This document shows, one piece after another, positions 48,845 through 56,927 of a stretch of DNA of 64,000 bases. Both the position numbers and the translations under genes were made by a program. Origin of the DNA: Minisyncoccota bacterium (lineage in GTDB: Bacteria; Patescibacteriota; Minisyncoccia; Phycocordibacterales; UBA9973); NCBI GenBank assembly GCA_041659205.1, contig JBAZYS010000002.1:1627-65626 (forward strand), read 5' to 3'. The stretch's first letter is position 1. Each line of letters begins with the position of its first letter. The notes below the pieces were generated by a model that had not been told where the DNA came from, made no database searches, and worked only from the letters and a program-made list of their open reading frames with translations.

Positions 48845-48860
48845 AAACGGTAATATAATG

Positions 48861-48936
48861 TTTTTTAGGGGTTTTGAGCACGACGGTGCGAAAACTTCAG
48901 GATTTTTTAAGCTTCAAAAAATCTGTACCTAAAAAA
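48861..48936 (+). repeat. Structured intergenic element, copy 5
   Basis: TTTTTTAGGGGTTTTGAG-[CACGACGGTGC]-GAAAACTTCAG-[GATTTTTTAAGCTTCAAAAAATC]-TGTACCTAAAAAA. The outer stem covaries (TTTTAGGG/ACCTAAAA). Confidence 0.7.
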
Positions 48937-48958
48937 TATTATATTACGGTTTTTACTT

Positions 48959-49867
48959 TCACTTTTTCTTTTGAGCAGAAGCCAAACGAAGCATTATTTC
49001 ATGTGCAGCAGGCTGTGAATCTGTAAAGATTACATAATTATCATCTGCGAAGATATATGCCATAACCGTCTTTCTATCTTTATCATAAAGTACTCGAGCA
49101 TTTTTATTATCTACGATACCATCCTCGAAATTTTTAGTGAAAAGATAATTTGTCTCATTTGTAAGACTAATCCCAAAAAATCCATGTAAATCATAAAGCA
49201 TTTTATTTTCCCAGTTGCGCAAAGAATCAAAAATATCAGCCGTAGAACGAACTTTAATTATCATAAAAAAGTCCCCAGCAGTTGGTGAAGTAGATTTAAG
49301 CCCAGTTAGAACTGACCCCAGCAAAAAATTATCATTAACAAAAAGTCTATTATTTACTGGAACGAAATCACTCTTAATTAAAGAAATAAATCTTCTAAGC
49401 CCTATAATTTGTTTATTTTCTGTGAGATAAACCCCTTCCACTCCTCCTACTTTTACTTTTGAATTATTAATTTCACCTAAAACAGTCTGAGCTATTTCTT
49501 CTTTCTTGAGTCCAGCAACTTCCAAAAAAGTACTCTGCTCATTAAAAATGATAGGCACAAATTGTGGGGCTACTGAAATAGTATTGATATCTTTTTTAAA
49601 AAAGAAAAAAAATAAAGTCACCAAAGCAAGAAATATTAGCAAAATACTAACGAGCATGAAAATCTTGTTTTTTTGTGATTCTGGAGATAGATTTTTCTTT
49701 TCTGCCTCGTGCTCTTCTTCTCCATGGATTATTTTCTTTATTAGCCCCTCTTTGTCATTCTCAAGAACACTTGCCATGTCTTCGGCATAAGTCTGAACAA
49801 TTTTATGTTCCACTCCTTTCCCAGAACCGACAGGTGAAGGAACGGGTATTTTTTTATCTGTCTCCAT
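48959..49867 (-). CDS. Hypothetical membrane-anchored protein
   Basis: 302 aa, one TM helix, no recognisable motifs. Confidence 0.35.
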   Translation of the reverse strand: METDKKIPVPSPVGSGKGVEHKIVQTYAEDMASVLENDKEGLIKKIIHGEEEHEAEKKNLSPESQKNKIFMLVSILLIFLALVTLFFFFFKKDINTISVAPQFVPIIFNEQSTFLEVAGLKKEEIAQTVLGEINNSKVKVGGVEGVYLTENKQIIGLRRFISLIKSDFVPVNNRLFVNDNFLLGSVLTGLKSTSPTAGDFFMIIKVRSTADIFDSLRNWENKMLYDLHGFFGISLTNETNYLFTKNFEDGIVDNKNARVLYDKDRKTVMAYIFADDNYVIFTDSQPAAHEIMLRLASAQKKK

Positions 49868-49870
49868 ATT

Positions 49871-52048
49871 TTATGACTTTGGTGCAAAGAAATCTTTATC
49901 CGCTTCCTTGATGGATAGACTTATCTTTCCTCTCTCACTATCAATCTTTATGACCTTCACAGGCACAATAGTACCTTCCTTTATTATATCTGATACTTTG
50001 TCTACGCGAAATGGCGCCATTTCAGAAATATGTACCATGCCGTCGGTAAAAGGATTAAGAGCCACAAACACTCCAAAATCAGCAAGCTTTACCACTTCTC
50101 CTTTCAATATTTCACCAACTTTAAACTCATGGGTCATTTCTTCGACAATCTGTTTAGCTTTTTCAGCTGATCCATCTTTACCAGTCAAATATACTGTTCC
50201 ATCGTCCTCAATAGTTATTTCCGCCCCAGACCTCTCTTTAATATCTTTAATTGTTTTTCCCCCGCCACCAATAACCATACCGATTTTATCTGGGTTGATT
50301 TTAATTATTAAAATCTTTGGTGCATTAGCAGATATATTTTCTCGTGGTTTAGCAATTTCTTTTTCCATTGCGTCCAAAATATGGAAGTGTGCTTTTCTAG
50401 ACTGTTTCATCGCTTCTGCCAATATTTTTATTGGCACTCCATCCACCTTCACATCGAGCTGAATAGCGGTGACTCCCTCTCTTGTTCCCGCAACTTTGAA
50501 ATCCATATCGCCATGATGATCTTCAGGTCCTTGGATGTCGGTAAGGATTTTATATTTATCTTCGTTTTCAAACATCAGACCCATCGCAATACCAGCAACA
50601 GGATTTTTTATTGGGACTCCACCATCCATCAAGGCTAAAGTCGAAGCACAGATTGAAGCTTGAGAAGTTGAACCATTGGATGCCATAGATTCAGAAACAA
50701 TACGAATAGTATAAGGGAACTCTAGAGGTGATGGTAATACCATCGCTAATGCTTTTTCAGCAAGTGCTCCGTGTCCTACTTCTCGGCGATTTGTAAAACC
50801 AAAACGCCCAGCTTCTCCCGCAGAATAAGGTGGAAAATTATAGTGATGCATAAATCTCCTCTCGGACGTCACATCCATTCCATTCACCGCTTGCTTGTCT
50901 CCAGGTCCACCTAAGGTCAAAGCAGAGAATACGTGCGTTCCCCCACGATAGAAAATTCCTGACCCATGCAAAATTTTTGATAATCCTCCAGCTTGCGCAT
51001 AGAGATCACGCACTTCATCCATCGCTCGTCCATCTGCACGCCTTCCTTCTTTGATTGCTTTCTCATGCAACATTTCATTTTCTGTGTTATCAAATAAATC
51101 ATCTTCCAGTTCATAATTTTTATTATCTGGAAATTTTTCTTTCACTAAATTATTCCAAGTTGTATGCAATTCATCTATATGTTTTTTACCAACTTCGGTA
51201 AAAATAGCTTCTTCCATTTTGGGCAAAATATTTTCTTTAAACAAAGCCACTGCCTCCGGATTTATAACCTCTTCAGGTATAATTCTTTTTTCTTTACCAA
51301 TTTCCTTCGCAATATTCTTCTGGAATTCTTCAAGTTTCGAAATTTCTTTACTTGCTACTTCTAGGGCTTCTACAAGCTCTTCTTCTTTTACTTGCCTGGC
51401 AGCAGCCTCAATCATGTTCACATGCCCTTCTCTTCCGCAGACAGTTAGATCAAATTTGTATGGATATTCTTCCGCTCTCAGAACTGTAGATGCATTTATT
51501 TTTAAAGTTTCGCCATCATACTTTCCAATGCGGACACAACCGATTGGTCCTCTCCAGGGTATGTTGGAAACAAGAATAGCGAGAGAGGCTGCATTTACTG
51601 CAAGCATAGCGGGATCATTGTCGTCACAAGCGATAACGGTCACAATGACTTGTACGGCGTGCCTTAAGTGCTGGTCAAAGAGTGGACGAATTGTTCGGTC
51701 AATGACTCGACTTGCTAAAACTGCTTCCGTCGATGCTTTCCCTTCTCTCCTGACATACTGAGAACCTAAAATTTTCCCTGCAGCATAAAACTTTTCCGCA
51801 TAATCGACTGTTAAATTAAAAAATCCCAAGCCTGCCTGTTTGTCGTGAGACATACAAGCTGTGGCTAGAACTATTGTCTCTCCATACTTCAACATCACAC
51901 TTCCATGTGCTTGATCTGCTAAATCAGTAAAAATGGCGGTCAATGTTTTCCCTCCAATTTCTACGCTATATTCTTTCTTTTGCATAATTATTTTACCCAC
52001 CTGTGGCGAGCATTGAGTTCGTGTTCGAACTGCAGTATTGTTCTTCAT
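49871..52048 (-). CDS. pnp: Polynucleotide phosphorylase; the true start is probably the internal Met near 51985
   Basis: Two RNase PH domains plus KH and S1 domains (GPEDHHGDMDFKVAGT, KILKGEVVKLADFGVFV). Confidence 0.85.
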   Translation of the reverse strand: MKNNTAVRTRTQCSPQVGKIIMQKKEYSVEIGGKTLTAIFTDLADQAHGSVMLKYGETIVLATACMSHDKQAGLGFFNLTVDYAEKFYAAGKILGSQYVRREGKASTEAVLASRVIDRTIRPLFDQHLRHAVQVIVTVIACDDNDPAMLAVNAASLAILVSNIPWRGPIGCVRIGKYDGETLKINASTVLRAEEYPYKFDLTVCGREGHVNMIEAAARQVKEEELVEALEVASKEISKLEEFQKNIAKEIGKEKRIIPEEVINPEAVALFKENILPKMEEAIFTEVGKKHIDELHTTWNNLVKEKFPDNKNYELEDDLFDNTENEMLHEKAIKEGRRADGRAMDEVRDLYAQAGGLSKILHGSGIFYRGGTHVFSALTLGGPGDKQAVNGMDVTSERRFMHHYNFPPYSAGEAGRFGFTNRREVGHGALAEKALAMVLPSPLEFPYTIRIVSESMASNGSTSQASICASTLALMDGGVPIKNPVAGIAMGLMFENEDKYKILTDIQGPEDHHGDMDFKVAGTREGVTAIQLDVKVDGVPIKILAEAMKQSRKAHFHILDAMEKEIAKPRENISANAPKILIIKINPDKIGMVIGGGGKTIKDIKERSGAEITIEDDGTVYLTGKDGSAEKAKQIVEEMTHEFKVGEILKGEVVKLADFGVFVALNPFTDGMVHISEMAPFRVDKVSDIIKEGTIVPVKVIKIDSERGKISLSIKEADKDFFAPKS

Positions 52049-52147
52049 AGATAGAGAACACTACTATATGTCCGAACGCGAACTGATTAACTACTAATAT
52101 CTAATAAACTATGATTATATTAGCACTTTTACATCAAAAAGCAAAAA

Positions 52148-52657
52148 CTATTTTGCTCCCATGAGATACTTCCTTGGATTTTCAGACAAGTCCACAAAAT
52201 CATCTACAGCTTCACGTAGTTTCCCAGAAGTTGATTTACCAAATGATACAACTTCGACTTGGACACCAATACTCTGCAAATATTCTACAAGAGGAATAAA
52301 GTCACCATCACCAGAGATTATTACTACGGAGTCCAAACGTGGTGACATTTTAATCGCATCGACAGCCAACCCGACATCCCAATCAGCTTTCTTTGCACCC
52401 CCAGCAAATATTTGTAAATCTTTTGTCTTTGTTTCAATCCCGAGCTTCTCTAATGCTTCAAAGAAATTCTTTTCATCACCCGCTTCAGTGGTGATAACAT
52501 AAGCTACAGCTCTTACGAGTTTACGTCCCGCAACTGCATCTTTCAAAACGGCACCGAAATTAACTCGCGCTTGGTACAAGTTGCGAGCTGAATGATATAA
52601 ATTTTGGGTATCGATAAAAACCCCAACTCTTTGTTCTTTATGTTTTATAACTGTCAT
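52148..52657 (-). CDS. NYN-domain (LabA-like) protein
   Basis: VGVFIDTQNLYHSA ... ISGDGDFIPLV: NYN/PIN-like nuclease motifs. Confidence 0.6.
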   Translation of the reverse strand: MTVIKHKEQRVGVFIDTQNLYHSARNLYQARVNFGAVLKDAVAGRKLVRAVAYVITTEAGDEKNFFEALEKLGIETKTKDLQIFAGGAKKADWDVGLAVDAIKMSPRLDSVVIISGDGDFIPLVEYLQSIGVQVEVVSFGKSTSGKLREAVDDFVDLSENPRKYLMGAK

Positions 52658-52783
52658 ACATTAATTATAGCAAAGAATACTTATAAAAACGACTACGGAA
52701 GCTGACGAGCTGAGTCCTGAGCAAAAATTCAACAGAATTTTATGTGTGCGTTTTTAAAAATATTTTTTGCTAGAATTACAAAT

Positions 52784-53047
52784 TTACGCAAGATCCATTT
52801 TCTTCATCAAAGCAGCATAACGAGGCTTACTTTTTCGTTCCAAATACTTCAAATGAGTTCGGCGGTCGGCTACCATTTTGATAAGCCCACGACGAGAATG
52901 ATTATCTTTTTTATGCTTTTTAAGGTGTTTTGCAAGAGCGTCAATCTGAGTAGACAAAACGGCAACCTGAACTTCCGGAGAGCCAGTATCTGTCTCATGA
53001 ATTTGATTTTTCTTTATAACTGCTTGTTTTTTCTTTGTTGCTAACAT
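52784..53047 (-). CDS. rpsO: 30S ribosomal protein S15
   Basis: TGSPEVQVAVLSTQIDALAKHLKKHKKDNHSRRGLIKMVADRRTHLKYL. Confidence 0.8.
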   Translation of the reverse strand: MLATKKKQAVIKKNQIHETDTGSPEVQVAVLSTQIDALAKHLKKHKKDNHSRRGLIKMVADRRTHLKYLERKSKPRYAALMKKMDLA

Positions 53048-53123
53048 GTTTATTATATTAGCATAAACCCTATAAATTGCAAGTTCCCTTAGAAAATATT
53101 GTGCGACATGCTAAAATATATCT

Positions 53124-54080
53124 ATGGCATCCGTACATGAACTTAAAAATCAATTTCTGGAATATATAGAGATAGAAAAAGGCCGAGCGATAAGAACAGT
53201 TGAAAACTACGATCATTATTTAACTGTTTTTTTAAACCAAACAAAAATCACTGACCCGAAAGATATAACAGATGAAAAAGTCCGAGATTTTCGTATCTGG
53301 CTCAACCGGCAAACAACAGGCAACAACAGAGCTACTGGCGGGACAGTAAAAAAGAAAACACAAAATTATTATTTAATAGCCCTCCGTACTTTTCTTAAAT
53401 TTCTAACAAGGAGAAATATCACATCCCTTCCCTCAGACCACATAGAGCTAGCAAAAGTCGGTGAAAGACAAATCGATGTTATATCCCAAGAAGAATTGCG
53501 CAGACTCTTGCGCGCACCAGACAATGAAAAAAATTTAGAAAAAAAATATCGAGACAAAGCAATCATGGAAATGCTTTTCTCGACTGGCCTGCGTGTTTCA
53601 GAACTTTGCTCACTAAAAAATGATCTCGACCTTCAGCTAGATGAATTTTCTATTCGTGGGAAAGGGGGTAAGGTGCGTGTCGTTTTTTTATCTGATGAAG
53701 CAAAGGCTGCCGTAAAAAATTATTTAGCAAATCGCAAAGATATGTCTGATGCCCTTTTTGTAAAAGTTAATGAAGAAACATCAGCAGGAACAAATTTAAA
53801 TAAAAAGAAAGGAAAAAACTCTACAGAAAATGATGGCCTCACTCGTCGCTCCATAGAAAGAATTGTAAAAAGATATGCCACAATCGCAGGCATATCAAAA
53901 AAGGTTACACCACATGTCATTCGTCATGTTTTCGCCACAGACTTGCTTTCCAATGGAGCAGACATCCGCTCGGTGCAGGCCATGCTCGGCCATTCCAATA
54001 TTGCGACAACCCAAATTTATACACACGTTACTGACAAGCATTTGCGTGATATTCACAAAAAATTTCATAACAAACAATAA
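53124..54080 (+). CDS. Tyrosine site-specific recombinase (XerC/XerD-like)
   Basis: C-terminal catalytic region HVIRHVFATDLL...GHSNIATTQIYTHV; R-H-R-Y residue context. Confidence 0.75.
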   Translation: MASVHELKNQFLEYIEIEKGRAIRTVENYDHYLTVFLNQTKITDPKDITDEKVRDFRIWLNRQTTGNNRATGGTVKKKTQNYYLIALRTFLKFLTRRNITSLPSDHIELAKVGERQIDVISQEELRRLLRAPDNEKNLEKKYRDKAIMEMLFSTGLRVSELCSLKNDLDLQLDEFSIRGKGGKVRVVFLSDEAKAAVKNYLANRKDMSDALFVKVNEETSAGTNLNKKKGKNSTENDGLTRRSIERIVKRYATIAGISKKVTPHVIRHVFATDLLSNGADIRSVQAMLGHSNIATTQIYTHVTDKHLRDIHKKFHNKQ

Positions 54081-54094
54081 AACCTTTAGAACAT

Positions 54095-54176
54095 AACTTT
54101 TGCAGGGGTTTTGAGCTCGGCGGAGCGAAAACTTCAGAATTTTTTAAGCTTCAAAAAATTCGTACCGAAAAAAGTT
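54095..54176 (+). repeat. Structured intergenic element, copy 6
   Basis: AACTTTTGCAGGGGTTTTGAG-[CTCGGCGGAGC]-GAAAACTTCAG-[AATTTTTTAAGCTTCAAAAAATT]-CGTACCGAAAAAAGTT. Confidence 0.7.
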
Positions 54177-54222
54177 TATGTTCTAAGAGTTTCACAATTT
54201 ACTTTGTGCTACAATTATTAAA

Positions 54223-54993
54223 ATGAAAATCATAAGCTGGAACACAAATGGACTACGGGCAACAGCAAAACAAGGCTTTTTTGTTCCCCTTTTCAAAGAT
54301 GAAAAACCTAATATTTTATGCCTTCAAGAAACAAAAGCTGAACCAGATCAGCTTCCAGAAGATGTCCGCAATGTAAAAGGTTATTATTCATATTTTTCAC
54401 ATCCCAAAATTAAAAAAGGCTACAGTGGAGTAGCTATTTATACTAAAGAAAAACCAAAAGAAGTTTTCTATGGAATGGGCATAAAAAAATTGGATGATGA
54501 AGGCAGGCTTCTCGGTGTAAAATTAAAAAATTATACAGTGATAACTGGGTATTTCCCTAACGGGGGGCAGGGACCCCATAGACTGAAATACAAATTAGAA
54601 TTTTACGATGCCTTTTTAAAATTTATATTAAAACTTCGCAAAAATGGTGAAAATGTCATTTTTTGTGGGGACGTAAATACCGCCCATGAAGCCATCGACC
54701 TCGCTCGCCCTAAAGCAAATGAAGAAAATACAGGATTCTTGCCAATAGAGCGTGCCTGGATTAGTAAAGTAATTGAAAATAACTTTTTAGATATTTATAG
54801 AAAATTCTATCCTGGAAAAGTCGGCGCCTATACTTATTGGGATATAAAAACACGAGCCCGAGACAGAAATGTCGGATGGCGTCTAGACTATTTTTTTGCA
54901 GATGCAAAAATCGTTCCAAAAATAAAAAATGCTGGAATGTTATCAGACTATTACGGCTCAGACCACTGCCCTATTTGGATACAACTTAATTAA
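54223..54993 (+). CDS. xth: Exodeoxyribonuclease III
   Basis: MKIISWNTNGLRA ... LQETK ... SDHCPI: AP endonuclease family. Confidence 0.85.
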   Translation: MKIISWNTNGLRATAKQGFFVPLFKDEKPNILCLQETKAEPDQLPEDVRNVKGYYSYFSHPKIKKGYSGVAIYTKEKPKEVFYGMGIKKLDDEGRLLGVKLKNYTVITGYFPNGGQGPHRLKYKLEFYDAFLKFILKLRKNGENVIFCGDVNTAHEAIDLARPKANEENTGFLPIERAWISKVIENNFLDIYRKFYPGKVGAYTYWDIKTRARDRNVGWRLDYFFADAKIVPKIKNAGMLSDYYGSDHCPIWIQLN

Positions 54994-55053
54994 AACTCGT
55001 TGCAGGTGTAGTTTTTATGAACCCTTGCGCAGGCGGGTAGCCGAGCAGAGCAA
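54993..55053 (-). repeat. Inverted copy of the 2589-2650 element, 3' of murI
   Basis: TTGCGCAGGCGGGTAGCCGAGC is the exact reverse complement of 2595-2616, with similar flanks. Confidence 0.6.
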
Positions 55054-55106
55054 TTTTTTAGTAAAAAAATATGCGTGGTGAATAAAAACTATACCAAAAA
55101 AGAGTT

Positions 55107-55901
55107 TTATATTTCAATTAATCCTGGTTTAATCTTTGCTCCAAACCATTTAGAAGTAAGTATTTCTACGGTTTTTGTCTTGTCTGTAACGAGAATTTTA
55201 ACACTTCCCTTTTTTGAAAGCTTTTGAAATATTTCTTCATGTTTTTTAAGATATTCCTTGAGTTTTTTGGGTATTATTTCGTCCTGAGAAATTATTTTAA
55301 TATTTTTAGGTAAAAATTTTCTTATTTGTCCTTTAAATATAGGATAGTGCGTGCAACCAAGAATTAAAGCATCTAATTTTTTATTTAAAAAAGGTTGCAA
55401 ATATTTTTTGATAAATGGCAGAGCATTTTTTATTTCTCCTTCTTCTGCGAGAGCCACCAGGAGTGGCGCAGCATTTTGGAAAATTATTACTTTTTTGTTT
55501 ATTTTTTTAATTTCTTGCGGAAAAGTATTGGAGTCAACAGTTCCCTTTGTCCCTAAGACCCCTACTCTCTTAAATTTAGCAGCTTCTTCTGCAGCCGGGA
55601 TCAAAACTCCCAATACTTTTCTCCCAGGGAAATTCTTAGGTAAATATTCCTGTTGTATTTTTCGCAAAGCCCGAGCTGAAGATGTATTACAGGCAACAAT
55701 AACAATAGCGCAATTTTCTTTACGGAAAAGATAGTCCACACATTCTCGCGTAAATTCATACACAGCTTCATGCGAACGGTTTCCATAAGGCACCCTTTTG
55801 GTATCACCTAAATACACATAATCGTATTCTGGCATTACTTTTACTATTGATTTCGCAATCATAAGCCCTCCTAAACCTGAATCAAAAATTCCTATCTTCA
55901 T
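55107..55901 (-). CDS. murI: Glutamate racemase
   Basis: IGIFDSGLGGL...VACNTSS...GCTHYP. Confidence 0.85.
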   Translation of the reverse strand: MKIGIFDSGLGGLMIAKSIVKVMPEYDYVYLGDTKRVPYGNRSHEAVYEFTRECVDYLFRKENCAIVIVACNTSSARALRKIQQEYLPKNFPGRKVLGVLIPAAEEAAKFKRVGVLGTKGTVDSNTFPQEIKKINKKVIIFQNAAPLLVALAEEGEIKNALPFIKKYLQPFLNKKLDALILGCTHYPIFKGQIRKFLPKNIKIISQDEIIPKKLKEYLKKHEEIFQKLSKKGSVKILVTDKTKTVEILTSKWFGAKIKPGLIEI

Positions 55902-56002
55902 ATTTTTATAATAACATAATCTGCAAAATGAAAAAGTTACATTTTTAAAGCCTTGCGCAAGAGCTTAGAAAATAAAAATGGTAATCCATTTATTATTTTC
56001 TT

Positions 56003-56037
56003 GAGCGACGAGCAGTTCGCTGGCGAAGCTTCGCCAG
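56003..56037 (+). repeat. Degenerate variant of the 85-nt element (GAGCGACGAGCAG...CTGGCGAAGCTTCGCCAG)
   Basis: Keeps the GAG-hairpin block and the AAGCTTC loop, but the P3 stem is GC-rich (CTGGCG/CGCCAG). Confidence 0.35.
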
Positions 56038-56053
56038 ATAGATTGCTTTCAAA

Positions 56054-56758
56054 ATGCAACTTTTTCATTTTGTAGATTTATGGTATATTTTATACATGAG
56101 CCACGCAAGATTAGAACAATTATCCGACGGAATTTTCGCAATAGTAATGACCGTGTTAGTTTTTCAAATTAGACTACCTGCCATCTGGGGCCCGATAGAC
56201 AATATGGGTCTTTGGTTCGAAATCAAAAAACTATTCCCTCTTTTACTTAGTTACGTTTTGGGCTTTTCTTTACTCTTCACATATTGGAGAGCGCACCATT
56301 TCTTTGTCTCTATTTACGCAAAAAATGTAGACTCAAGGCTCACAAACATAAATGCTTTATTTTTTATGCTTATAAGCCTAGTGCCCTTCTCCGCTAGTGT
56401 CCTCGGTAGCTTCAGTAGCAACGAACTTTCTATAATACTTTTCGGCATACATATTACCCTAATCGGCCTTACTTTGTATTGGATGAGAAGATATGTACTT
56501 TTCTCTGAACATATAAAAAACCCTGAAATAACAAAAAGAGAAATCCGAGGCAGTACTATCCGCACCCTAATCCCAGTTGTCTTTGCATTAATCGCTATGC
56601 CGCTTTCTTTTTTAAGCATAAAACTTTCTTTATTTTTATTTACCCTCGCTGTAATCTTCAACCTTTCTTCTTATAGCACGAAACTTTTTGAAAATATTCT
56701 AAAGACTCTTCACCATATGTTTTTCGGTGAAGACAAAAAAGGCCACTTCGCAGATTAA
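56054..56758 (+). CDS. DUF1211 (TMEM175-like) membrane protein
   Basis: Signature RLEQLSDGIFAIVMTVLVFQI, a second-half repeat, and six TM helices. Confidence 0.6.
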   Translation: MQLFHFVDLWYILYMSHARLEQLSDGIFAIVMTVLVFQIRLPAIWGPIDNMGLWFEIKKLFPLLLSYVLGFSLLFTYWRAHHFFVSIYAKNVDSRLTNINALFFMLISLVPFSASVLGSFSSNELSIILFGIHITLIGLTLYWMRRYVLFSEHIKNPEITKREIRGSTIRTLIPVVFALIAMPLSFLSIKLSLFLFTLAVIFNLSSYSTKLFENILKTLHHMFFGEDKKGHFAD

Positions 56759-56774
56759 AAATTCCCCAAAATAC

Positions 56775-56856
56775 TTTTTGTAGGGGTTTCGAGAGCGACG
56801 GCTCGAGAATTTCAGGATTTCTTAAGCTTCAAGAAATCCGTACCATAGAAAAGTTG
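56775..56856 (+). repeat. Structured intergenic element, copy 7, nested in an extra 11 bp inverted repeat ATTCCCCAAAA/TTTTGGGGAAT at 56762-56870
   Basis: CTTTTTGTAGGGGTTTCGAG-[AGCGACGGCTC]-GAGAATTTCAG-[GATTTCTTAAGCTTCAAGAAATC]-CGTACCATAGAAAAG. Confidence 0.7.
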
Positions 56857-56927
56857 TTTTGGGGAATTTTTACTTCATCTCACAAGTATTTTTCTACTGA
56901 AAAATCTCGCGAGCCCTCCTCGCCTCG

